NCBI GenBank assembly: GCA_965277405.1
Contig: OZ255726.1
Span: forward strand, 1,728,001-1,792,000
Length of the DNA stretch: 64,000 bases
Source: Gammaproteobacteria bacterium
Lineage (GTDB): Bacteria; Pseudomonadota; Gammaproteobacteria; G965277405
Direction: 5' to 3'
The notes under the pieces are model-generated. The model saw only the letters and a list, made by a program, of their open reading frames with translations. It was not told the DNA's origin and ran no database searches. Both the position numbers and the translations under genes were made by a program. Of the stretch, positions 55,152-64,000 are shown piece by piece. Positions within the stretch are counted from its first letter, which is position 1, and the number at the start of each line of letters is the position of its first letter.

Positions 55152-55712
55152 TTATTTGGCGAGTTGCTGCAATGCTTGTCGCAACATTGCCGCAGTATTT
55201 AGCGACTTGTCGAGCTGCGGTGCGATTCGACTGATTTCATTGGATTTGTAACCAAGCGCGAGCAGTGCTGCTGCCACTTCGCTACTGTGTGTAGTCCGTG
55301 TTGCCGCTGTTGTTGCAAACACGCCTTTTAATTCAAGTGCGACGCGTTGTGCCGTTTTGGGACCAATGCCAGGAATTTTGCGCAACACACTTATGTTTTC
55401 ATCGTTTATTGCGGCGACGAAAGCATCGCCAGTCATATTTGCCAAAATACCAATCGCCATTTTTGGACCAATGCCACTGATTTTAATCAGTGCACGAAAT
55501 ACATTGCGCTCCGCGTCATCTGCAAAGCCAAATAAAGACCATTGATCCTCGCGCACAATAAGGTGGGTGCATACACAAGTGACTTGATCTACTGCTGGTA
55601 GCTGCTCAAACGTTGTTAAAGTTAAAAATATCTCGTAGCCAATGCCGCTGGCCTCAACAATTGCTGAGGTAGGACTTTTGGCAGTTAGAGTGCCACGAAT
55701 ATAAGCCAGCAT
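55152..55712 (-). CDS. ruvA: Holliday junction binding protein RuvA
   Basis: GIGYE, VRED...[25 protein letters not shown]. Confidence 0.96.
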   Translation of the reverse strand: MLAYIRGTLTAKSPTSAIVEASGIGYEIFLTLTTFEQLPAVDQVTCVCTHLIVREDQWSLFGFADDAERNVFRALIKISGIGPKMAIGILANMTGDAFVAAINDENISVLRKIPGIGPKTAQRVALELKGVFATTAATRTTHSSEVAAALLALGYKSNEISRIAPQLDKSLNTAAMLRQALQQLAK

Positions 55713-56061
55713 AGTTAAGCAGTAAATGTTGTTAGGTAATGCGTTATAAGATATAGCAAAAAATTTTGCTCTTAAAACCTATTGCACGGTATCGCCGCTA
55801 GGCGTTGTAACACTATTCTTTGGCTGCATACCTCAGTTTTACAGCATTCCTACCCATCGCGATACAACTGTTGCTAAAAAAGGCACAAAGGCTATTGAAA
55901 ATAGCGACCGTTACATTATTAACAAATTGCGCTAAATCAACAGTTGAGTATGCATATCTGCTTGATGAAGCAAATTATTTAGACATCTGAAAATGTATAA
56001 AGAGTGGTTTTTGATTTGTTAGCACAAGCATGATTCTATTTTTGATTGGACACATCTACCT

Positions 56062-56682
56062 ATGGTCGAACACACTAAACAACAGCAACCAGCACCACCA
56101 AGCGACGAAGCCGCTGCAAAACAGAGCGACGAAGCCGCTGCAAAACAGAGCGATACAGCCGCTGCAACACCTAAAGAAAAGCAGCAGACAGACGCAACAA
56201 AACAGGAAGAGCAACCGAGCCTGCCAGAACAAATTGAACAACAACTAACACAAATTGCTGAGTTACAAGACACAAATCTACGGCTGCATGCGGAAATGCA
56301 AAACGTCCGTCGCTCCAGTGACCAGGCCATTGCTCGCGCACATAAGTTTGCCCTAGATAAATTTGTCATAGCATTGTTACCTGCGGTGGACAGCTTCGAG
56401 CTTGCCTTGCTAAGCCACACGGAGACAGCAAACGCAGTAACGTTGTTAGAAGGGAATCAACTCACTTTAAAAATGCTTGTTGATGCGCTTGAAAAAAATG
56501 GGGTAACTACGATACAACCTGAAGGAGAGCAATTCGATCCGCAGCAACACGAGGCCATGACAATGCAACCTGATGCTACTGTACCTCCAAATCAGGTATT
56601 AACTGTAGTCCAAAAGGGATATTCCCTCAACGACAGACTTATTCGCCCGGCACGGGTCATCGTTAGCAAAGCTGCTGACTAA
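56062..56682 (+). CDS. grpE: Nucleotide exchange factor GrpE
   Basis: AEMQN.RR, LLP.VD, FDP..HEA, QKGY.LN.R..RPA.V.V; 24-bp repeat (SDEAAAKQ) at ~56101-56170. Confidence 0.96.
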   Translation: MVEHTKQQQPAPPSDEAAAKQSDEAAAKQSDTAAATPKEKQQTDATKQEEQPSLPEQIEQQLTQIAELQDTNLRLHAEMQNVRRSSDQAIARAHKFALDKFVIALLPAVDSFELALLSHTETANAVTLLEGNQLTLKMLVDALEKNGVTTIQPEGEQFDPQQHEAMTMQPDATVPPNQVLTVVQKGYSLNDRLIRPARVIVSKAAD

Positions 56683-56697
56683 ATTGGAAATATATAT

Positions 56698-58644
56698 ATG
56701 GGAAAAATTATTGGAATTGACTTAGGAACAACCAACTCATGCGTATCAGTTCTTGAGGGTGGCAAAGCACGCATTATTGAAAACGCCGAAGGCAGCCGCA
56801 CCACGCCTTCAGTCGTTGCATACGTGGATGATAACGAAGTATTAGTTGGGCAACCTGCCAAACGGCAAGCGGTTACCAATCCTGAAAACACACTATTTGC
56901 TGTCAAGCGCCTGATTGGTCGGCGTTTTGAAGATAACGTTGTGCAGAAAGACATTAAAACATCACCGTACAAAATTGTTAAAGCCGACAATGGTGATGCG
57001 TGGGTAGCAGTGCAAGGTAACACCATTGCGCCACCACAAGTTTCTGCTGAAGTATTAAAAAAAATGAAAAAAACAGCAGAAGATTTTCTTGGTCAAAGCG
57101 TGACAGAAGCTGTGATTACTGTTCCTGCATACTTTAATGACTCACAACGCCAAGCCACCAAAGACGCTGGAAAAATAGCAGGTCTTAAAGTAAAACGCAT
57201 CATCAACGAGCCAACAGCTGCTGCACTTGCATATGGCATCGGTAAAGAAAACAAAAAAGAGCAAACCATTATTGTCTACGATCTTGGCGGCGGTACCTTT
57301 GATGTTTCCATTATAGAAATTTCAGAAGTAGACGGTGAACACCAATTTGAAGTGTTAGCAACAAATGGGGATACGTTTCTTGGCGGTGAAGACTTTGATT
57401 TACGCTTGATTAATTTTTTAACCGACGAGTTTAAAAAGGAATCTGGTGTTGACTTGCATAATGATCCCTTGGCGCTGCAACGTTTAAAAGAAGCGGCTGA
57501 AAAAGCTAAAATCGAATTGTCTTCAAGTCAGCAAACAGATGTCAATTTACCATATATCACCGCAGATGCATCTGGACCGAAACACTTAAACATTAAAATA
57601 ACCCGCGCAAAACTCGAGTCCTTGGTTGAAGATTTGGTACAGCGCACCCTCAAACCATGCAAAATTGCCCTACAAGATGCTGGATTATCCGCCAAGGAAT
57701 TAGATGAAATAATTTTGGTTGGTGGGCAAACACGGATGCCGATGGTGCAAGAGCAGGTCAAGCAATTGTTCAATAAAGAGCCACGTAAAGACGTGAACCC
57801 AGACGAAGCTGTGGCAATGGGTGCTGCTATTCAAGGCGGGGTGCTTGCTGGCGATGTAAAAGACGTATTGTTGTTAGACGTTTCTCCATTGTCATTGGGT
57901 ATTGAAACCATGGGTGGGGTAATGACATCTTTAATAGAAAAAAACACTACAATTCCCGCTCGAAAATCTCAAACATTTTCCACTGCAGAAAACAACCAAA
58001 CAGCTGTAACAATTCATGTGCTACAAGGTGAGCGTAAACAAGCCACTGGCAATAAATCGCTCGGACGATTTGACCTTACAGATATCCCAAGAGCGCCAAA
58101 AGGCACGCCACAAATTGAAGTTAGTTTCGATATTGACGCCAATGGTATTCTGCATGTCTCAGCCAAAGATAAAGCAACTGGAAAAGAGCAGACTATTGTC
58201 ATTAAAGCATCAAGCGGACTGAGTGATGATGAAATCGAAGCCATGGTCAAGGATGCAGAGGCAAATGCTGAAGAAGATCAAAAGTTCTGCGATCTTGCCG
58301 CTGCACGCAACACAGCAGATGCGTTAATTCATGCTGCAAACAAAGCTATAGCAGACCTTGGCAGTGAAGTCACTGACGAAGAAAAAACCAATGTCAATCG
58401 AGCAGTTGCAGCATTAGAACTTGCATTAAAAGGCAAAGATATTGACGAAATTCAAGCTAAAACGCAGTCACTGAGTGAAATCTCACAAGGTATTGCACAG
58501 CGCGCGTATCAAAAAACACAAGGCGAACAACAACCACCTGCTGATGGTGAACAACAGCCAACTGATAGCGAACAAACTAGCAAACCAACTGATGACAACA
58601 CAGTCGATGCTGATTTTGAAGAAGTCAAAGATGATAAAAAATAA
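56698..58644 (+). CDS. dnaK: Chaperone DnaK
   Basis: [32 protein letters not shown]. Confidence 0.99.
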   Translation: MGKIIGIDLGTTNSCVSVLEGGKARIIENAEGSRTTPSVVAYVDDNEVLVGQPAKRQAVTNPENTLFAVKRLIGRRFEDNVVQKDIKTSPYKIVKADNGDAWVAVQGNTIAPPQVSAEVLKKMKKTAEDFLGQSVTEAVITVPAYFNDSQRQATKDAGKIAGLKVKRIINEPTAAALAYGIGKENKKEQTIIVYDLGGGTFDVSIIEISEVDGEHQFEVLATNGDTFLGGEDFDLRLINFLTDEFKKESGVDLHNDPLALQRLKEAAEKAKIELSSSQQTDVNLPYITADASGPKHLNIKITRAKLESLVEDLVQRTLKPCKIALQDAGLSAKELDEIILVGGQTRMPMVQEQVKQLFNKEPRKDVNPDEAVAMGAAIQGGVLAGDVKDVLLLDVSPLSLGIETMGGVMTSLIEKNTTIPARKSQTFSTAENNQTAVTIHVLQGERKQATGNKSLGRFDLTDIPRAPKGTPQIEVSFDIDANGILHVSAKDKATGKEQTIVIKASSGLSDDEIEAMVKDAEANAEEDQKFCDLAAARNTADALIHAANKAIADLGSEVTDEEKTNVNRAVAALELALKGKDIDEIQAKTQSLSEISQGIAQRAYQKTQGEQQPPADGEQQPTDSEQTSKPTDDNTVDADFEEVKDDKK

Positions 58645-58700
58645 CCTCACCCCCTTGCTATATCCACGCATGGAGAACAACGAGGATAACAAAGCCTGAT

Positions 58701-59783
58701 ATGTCCACAGATTTTTACGCAACACTCGGTGTCAGTCGTCAAGCACCGCTGCAAGAAATTAAAAAGGCATACCGCAAGTTAGCGATGAAGCATCATCCTG
58801 ACCGTGCGGGTGATAACAAAGCAAGTGAAACGCGCTTTAAAGAAGTCAACCAAGCATATGAAGTGCTATCAGACAAAGCAAAACGCGCAACGTATGATCA
58901 ATATGGCGCAGATGCATTTAACGGCTCTGCAGGTGGTCAAGGTTTCCGTGATGTAAACGATATTTTTGGTGATTTCTTTGGGGATATGTTTGGTGGCGGG
59001 GCGCGACAACGCAAAGGCAATGACATAGAGTCAACCGTGTCCATTACCCTTGAGCAAGCAGCAACTGGTGTGCAAAAAGACGTATCACTACGCCGCAATA
59101 AGCCTTGTGATGATTGCGACGGCACAGGTGCGGAACATGGAACCGCATTCTCTACGTGCAAGCAATGCAATGGCCAAGGTCAAGTTCGTATGAGTCAAGG
59201 TTTTTTTTCAGTGCAACAAACCTGCCCAGCATGTCACGGTCAAGGTCAGGTAATCGATACCCCGTGCAGAAAATGCCATGGTAGAGGCGTGCAGCATGAG
59301 CAAAAAAAACTCTCTGTTAGCGTTCCAAAAGGCGTGAATAATGGAGTTACTATCCGCTTAAGTGGTGAAGGAGAGTCAGTAACTGGGGGAATTTCTGGCG
59401 ATTTGTTTATCCACGTGCAAGTAAAACCACATGATTTCTTCCAACGTGAAGATAACGACCTTATTTGTAGCACCCCAATTTCTATTATTGATGCGGCGCT
59501 TGGCTGCGAACTCGAAGTTCCCACATTATCTGGCAAGGTTAAGCTAAAAATACCCGAAGGCACTCAGAGCCATAAAATATTCCGAATGCGCGGCAAAGGT
59601 ATGCCAGGATTACGCGGTGGACAAGGCGACTTGCTGTGTCGTATTGAAATAGAAACTCCAGTAAATCTCAGTGAAAAACAGCGTGTTATGTTACGTTCAT
59701 TTCGAGATTCTATTAACACAACCAACGCCCCTCATGCTGAATCATGGCTCAAAAAAGCCAAGCGTTTTTTTGATAGTGTGTAG
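58701..59783 (+). CDS. dnaJ: Chaperone DnaJ
   Basis: HPD J-domain, four CxxCxGxG motifs. Confidence 0.98.
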   Translation: MSTDFYATLGVSRQAPLQEIKKAYRKLAMKHHPDRAGDNKASETRFKEVNQAYEVLSDKAKRATYDQYGADAFNGSAGGQGFRDVNDIFGDFFGDMFGGGARQRKGNDIESTVSITLEQAATGVQKDVSLRRNKPCDDCDGTGAEHGTAFSTCKQCNGQGQVRMSQGFFSVQQTCPACHGQGQVIDTPCRKCHGRGVQHEQKKLSVSVPKGVNNGVTIRLSGEGESVTGGISGDLFIHVQVKPHDFFQREDNDLICSTPISIIDAALGCELEVPTLSGKVKLKIPEGTQSHKIFRMRGKGMPGLRGGQGDLLCRIEIETPVNLSEKQRVMLRSFRDSINTTNAPHAESWLKKAKRFFDSV

Positions 59784-59818
59784 ATAGTGTGTAACTGTGC
59801 ATCAGCTATATGACACGG

Positions 59819-61063
59819 CTACCACTGCATAACTGCTTGGCTGATAACGATACCGCCAGTAATAAAAAAAAGTAATAAGCCAAGATGACGGTGGTAATTT
59901 CCCCACATGTTTGGCAACGGTGCTACCCGCCTCAGCAATGCTGCGGTAAATAGTACATGCAGCAGCGTTGCGCCAATCGCGGTAATATGGAGTAAAGAAA
60001 ACCATTCAAAAAATTCGCGCTCAAAATCCGCCCCAATAAAATAAGCTAGCATATTGTCGCCGCTGGTAATAATTACCAACATTAACCAAATGAATGCCAG
60101 AATTAACAACTGGCTTTCTGCGTGAAACTGATCATCCAACGCCATAAATAGTCGTTGAATAAGGACGCTAATTTGCAGATATATACACAGTGCCAATACA
60201 CACATAAACACCCAATATGTGTATTTTGGAAATGACGCATTCCTGATGCTAAACGGAATGTCAAACAACAATGTTGGCAATGAATACACCTGTTGTTCTA
60301 CTGCGTTAGCTATCAACAATACCACCAATATTCCAATACAGAATTGCAGTACAAATGTCAGGCAGCAGCTCAACAATACTGGCGCTGCTTGCCCCCATAC
60401 ATTGCGCAGCACCCATGGCATCCCAACGCCCAGCATTGTTGTACTACTAATGATTGTTGCCAAATGTAGCAGCATCATTGGCCATTGTTGTAAGGGTATA
60501 TGTATCTGTGATAATAATTGAATTTGTCCGTATGCATTTTGGAGGAATACTGCAATAGCCAACGCCAAAAATGCCACGACAAACGCCCATGGTAGCACAA
60601 TAATCATGCTAAGACGGCGTATAACAATGGCGCATAACACCATACTACTGACGACTACTGTGCTGATACCGATTTGCAACAGTTGATCCGCATTAGCTTC
60701 ATTAAAGCGCTCGCGTACAGCAGTCAACGTTGGCAACAATGAATCATCAATCAGCACCAGAGTGAATGATTGCAGACACCAGATAATAAAATTGAGCTTT
60801 AAGGCAAGCAGCAATAGCGTTGCAACAATAATGCTGCTATCAAGTAGACCTGTAAATATTGGATATTGTGCAATGCCTCGTTGTAACACTTCCGCTTGCT
60901 TTCCTTCAAATACAAGCATACCACCAAGCACTACAAGATAGCCGCATCCCAATACCAGCATGCCCGTTATTCCATATTGCTGCAGCGCATTTGGCAGCAG
61001 CCACCACGAAGATAAACCACTGTTGACAATGGCAATAAGTAGTGCTAAAGAAATTGCGTACAT
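59819..61063 (-). CDS. Multi-pass membrane protein, probably a degenerate NSS/SNF sodium-dependent transporter
   Basis: About 11 TM segments; N-terminus GLSSWWLLP.....G..G.L...E echoes GLGNxWRFP..NGGGAF...E; divergent from smpB. Confidence 0.5.
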   Translation of the reverse strand: MYAISLALLIAIVNSGLSSWWLLPNALQQYGITGMLVLGCGYLVVLGGMLVFEGKQAEVLQRGIAQYPIFTGLLDSSIIVATLLLLALKLNFIIWCLQSFTLVLIDDSLLPTLTAVRERFNEANADQLLQIGISTVVVSSMVLCAIVIRRLSMIIVLPWAFVVAFLALAIAVFLQNAYGQIQLLSQIHIPLQQWPMMLLHLATIISSTTMLGVGMPWVLRNVWGQAAPVLLSCCLTFVLQFCIGILVVLLIANAVEQQVYSLPTLLFDIPFSIRNASFPKYTYWVFMCVLALCIYLQISVLIQRLFMALDDQFHAESQLLILAFIWLMLVIITSGDNMLAYFIGADFEREFFEWFSLLHITAIGATLLHVLFTAALLRRVAPLPNMWGNYHRHLGLLLFFITGGIVISQAVMQW

Positions 61064-61310
61064 CTAGTATTGGAATCTGTGATGAACAAATTGATAGTTG
61101 AGTTTGCAGACAAACACGATGAATGCAAGTTAGCGGAGCACTGTTGACAAACAAGCCTACAAAGCAGTTCACCAGTAGAGCCTTATCCTGCTATTATATA
61201 TATAACATTGTTTTGCCAAGAATAACGTTTGCAGTGTCGTATACTTCATTACCAGCCGCATTATATTGCCAGATAGTCAGGACTCATAATCAAACTCACC
61301 AATATCCCAC

Positions 61311-61778
61311 ATGTCTGCATCTATTATTATTAACCGCCAAGCACGCTTTGCATTTGAACTCGGCGAGTCATTTGAAACAGGCATGGTATTAGAAGGATGG
61401 GAAGTGAAGAGTATTCGTGCTGGGAAAATCCAAATCCGCGACTCGTATGTTATAACAAAAGATGGCGAGCTATGGTTGCTTGGCTGTGTAATCCAGCTGC
61501 TACCGACAACCTCGACCCATACTCATCCAGACCCAACACGCACCAGAAAACTATTGTTAAAATCCAAGCAAATTCGCTATATCACCGGACAGTTAACAAC
61601 AAAAGGATTGACGTGCGTCCCAGTTAATATGCATTGGCGCAATAACCGTATTAAGCTAGAAGTACGCTTGGCAAAAGGCAAAAAGTTACACGATAAACGT
61701 CAAAACCAAAAAGACAGACAATGGAATACAAGCAAACAACGCCTGCTCAAAGGGCAGGTGAGAGGGTTGCATCAATAA
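61311..61778 (+). CDS. smpB: SsrA-binding protein
   Basis: NR.A, E.G.VL.GWEVKS.R, R.RKLLL, AKGKK.HDKR. Confidence 0.97.
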   Translation: MSASIIINRQARFAFELGESFETGMVLEGWEVKSIRAGKIQIRDSYVITKDGELWLLGCVIQLLPTTSTHTHPDPTRTRKLLLKSKQIRYITGQLTTKGLTCVPVNMHWRNNRIKLEVRLAKGKKLHDKRQNQKDRQWNTSKQRLLKGQVRGLHQ

Positions 61779-61917
61779 CTTGTAGCAAAACTCAATTCGC
61801 CAATTAGAACAGCTAAGGACATACATAAAAAACTATATTTACTAAAGTTGACAAATCAGATTTTGAAATTTTTATATGAGATGAGTTATTTTTTTGCTTT
61901 ATGTTGTTAGTGTTGGT

Positions 61918-62172
61918 TTATTCATTATGTTTATATAGAATCAAATTACATATTATCAATTTTGCAGGATTGTTTGGGTCTTGTACTGCAACTTCTGCAA
62001 TATCAAAACCTTCAATCTTAATTCCTTCAATTTTATTTTTGCTGTTTTTATTAAATGAGTTATATTTTTTAGTTGGAATAATACAAACTAATTCAAATTC
62101 TTTGTCGGGTGTTGGTAGTAAATAATCGAAAACTTTTCTTGGGTTTTCTATCTGCCACATTCCTCTAATTCT
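61918..62172 (-). pseudogene. C-terminal fragment of an NgoPII-like type II restriction endonuclease
   Basis: RIRGMW.IENP..VF.Y ... PNNPAKL matches the recalled NgoPII C-terminus; AT-rich; N-terminal part absent. Confidence 0.7.
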
Positions 62173-62359
62173 GCACAACACCGCGCTTAGAGTTTAATTG
62201 CAAAACACACTTGTATGAAACCAACTTGATTTATTTTCACTTGTATGTTTTGTTCTCATTTTCTTAAGGTTAGGACGGAGTAGTGCTACAAGCTTGCTAG
62301 CTACATTTGTAGCTTTGGAAAAAGGTTGGTTACACCAGCATATACAATGTATTCGAGCT

Positions 62360-63316
62360 TTATACATGGGTCAACCAGCTGGCGTATTGCGGTTGAGTGC
62401 CGGTGATTGTTGCAATATATTGTTCGCGGACTTTGTTGGTGATTGGTCCGAGTAAGCCGCTGCCAATTGGTCGATTATCAAGTTCGGTCATTCCTGCAAT
62501 TTCTGCGGCGGTTCCGGTGAGGAAGGCTTCATCGCAGGTATACACTTCATCGCGGGTGATACGGCGTTCACGCACGCTATAGCCCATTTCAGTAAGGAAG
62601 GTAATAACTGTGCGCCTGGTAATACCATCGAGGCACGATGCTAAGTCTGGTGTGCTGATTTGGTCACCACGGATAACAAAAATATTTTCACCACTGCCTT
62701 CAGCAACATAGCCTTCGGTATCCAATAACAATACTTCGTCGTAGCGGTTTTTATAATTGCCGTCTTTGTCTTGCTGTTCTGGGTCTTTGACTGCAGTCAC
62801 TTCTTGTAATGCCAAAATTGAGTTGACGTAATGACCGGTACATTTGGCACGGCACATGCTGACATTAACGTGGTGGCGTGAGTATGAAGATGTTTTCATC
62901 CGCAGTTGCTTAGGAAGATACGCACCCCAATCCCACGCAGCAATAATTACTCTCGTTTGCAGGTGTTCTGCATGCAGTCCTAACGTTTGTGAGCCGTAGA
63001 AACCTAGCGGGCGGATATAGGCATTGGTCAGGTTGTTGGCTTGGACAACTGCAATGGTTGCTGCATTTAATTCTTCGACGCTATACGGCATCGGCATATT
63101 TAATATTTTTGCTGATTCCATAAAGCGCTGGCTATGTTCTGGCAAGCGAAATATTGCGCCGTTACCTGTTGGTGTTGCGTATGCGCGGATACCTTCGAAA
63201 ATGCCTAAACCATAATGCAGTGAGTGGGTGAGTACATGGACGGTGGCATCTCGCCACGGAATAAGTTTTCCATCCATCCAAATTACGCCATCCCTATCCG
63301 CCATATCTAACATCAA
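62360..63316 (-). CDS. ilvE: Branched-chain amino acid aminotransferase
   Basis: THSLHYG..FEGIR, YIRP, AK..G.Y.NS, EGSGEN.F, L.GITR, DE.F.TGTAAE. Confidence 0.96.
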   Translation of the reverse strand: MMLDMADRDGVIWMDGKLIPWRDATVHVLTHSLHYGLGIFEGIRAYATPTGNGAIFRLPEHSQRFMESAKILNMPMPYSVEELNAATIAVVQANNLTNAYIRPLGFYGSQTLGLHAEHLQTRVIIAAWDWGAYLPKQLRMKTSSYSRHHVNVSMCRAKCTGHYVNSILALQEVTAVKDPEQQDKDGNYKNRYDEVLLLDTEGYVAEGSGENIFVIRGDQISTPDLASCLDGITRRTVITFLTEMGYSVRERRITRDEVYTCDEAFLTGTAAEIAGMTELDNRPIGSGLLGPITNKVREQYIATITGTQPQYASWLTHV

Positions 63317-63350
63317 TTATCCTAAAAGTAAGTAATAAAATACATGGTAT

Positions 63351-64000
63351 CTAGACAACAACCGATAGCCATAATAACAACCCAACATACTGATTATTTT
63401 TAAACGCCGCAAATGCTACAGAGTTGCCATGCCTGCGCAGAGTGTATTGTTGGTAGATAAACAACGCTGCTATCAGCGCCATGCAAACTGCGTATATCCA
63501 TGTCATATACTGATAAGTAATTGCGACATATATCCAAATACCAATCGCTGCAATTTGGAATACTGTAAGTGCGACAAACACTCGTTCAGCAAAAAAAATC
63601 GCGCTTGAATAAATACCTAAGTGCTGGTCATCGGCAATATCAGCAAGAGAATATATTGTGTCAAATGCCATGATCCAACAGAAGTTGGCTGCAAACAACC
63701 ACCAGCCAATTGGTGGCACTGTGTTTTGCACCATAGCAAAGACAATGGGTGTGCCCCAGCTATACGTGACGGCGAGAAACAGTTGCGGAATTGGCAGCCA
63801 GCGTTTAGCAAGCGGGTAGAGTACAGTCAGCCCAACACCTGCGAGTGCATATAGTTGTGCTCGCGCTGGAAACTGATAGATGAGCAGCAGCGCAAACCCC
63901 AGTAATATTGTAAAAAGTATCGATGCGCTAGTGATGGATATTTTTTTTGCGGTGATGGGTCGGTCTTTAGTTCGCCCCACATGCAGGTCAATATCACGGT
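63351..64000 (-). CDS. ubiA: 4-hydroxybenzoate polyprenyltransferase (5' end outside window)
   Basis: RDIDLHVGRTKDRP, YPLAKR, DTIY..AD..DD...G..SSA. Confidence 0.93.
   Translation of the reverse strand, partial: RDIDLHVGRTKDRPITAKKISITSASILFTILLGFALLLIYQFPARAQLYALAGVGLTVLYPLAKRWLPIPQLFLAVTYSWGTPIVFAMVQNTVPPIGWWLFAANFCWIMAFDTIYSLADIADDQHLGIYSSAIFFAERVFVALTVFQIAAIGIWIYVAITYQYMTWIYAVCMALIAALFIYQQYTLRRHGNSVAFAAFKNNQYVGLLLWLSVVV

Noticed and set aside
55891-56040. Sigma32 promoter or CIRCE element upstream of grpE
   Set aside because: TTGAAA at 55895 lacks a CCCCAT -10; TTAGCAC at ~56019 lacks the second CIRCE arm

Overview
Chromosomal segment of a divergent gammaproteobacterium; the Na+-NQR operon suggests a marine or host-associated lifestyle. 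The backbone carries dnaE, lptD, tcyP, gmk, truA, nqrABCDEF-apbE-nqrM-erpA-cdd, maeA, uvrC, tsaC-hemF, mltD, pepA, pgsA, glyQS, ruvAB, grpE-dnaK-dnaJ, smpB, ilvE and ubiA (partial), in a strongly scrambled order. The main non-coding signal is an unannotated ~290-bp MITE family: 4 full copies, 2 partial copies and 3 solo ends. It shares the terminal inverted repeat GGAAGCTCTGATTAA and the TA-centred 4-bp target with a frameshifted IS5-family element at 43129-44377, and it is built from two oppositely oriented hairpin modules. Accessory DNA includes: a decayed RepL-like plasmid gene next to a BrnT-like/CopG toxin-antitoxin pair; a visibly GC-richer catabolic island (ABC transporter, Tm-1-like protein, class II aldolases, AHL-lactonase-family hydrolase) with two regulators both cut off at one MITE; a Mu-like immunity region in which two unknown membrane genes lie between duplicated repressor C-termini; and an NgoPII-like restriction gene fragment. 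Short tandem duplications are common, including the nqrA leader arrays and a 10-bp duplication that frameshifts leuE. No rRNA, tRNA, tmRNA or CRISPR was seen. All family calls are from motif recognition by eye; no database searches were run.
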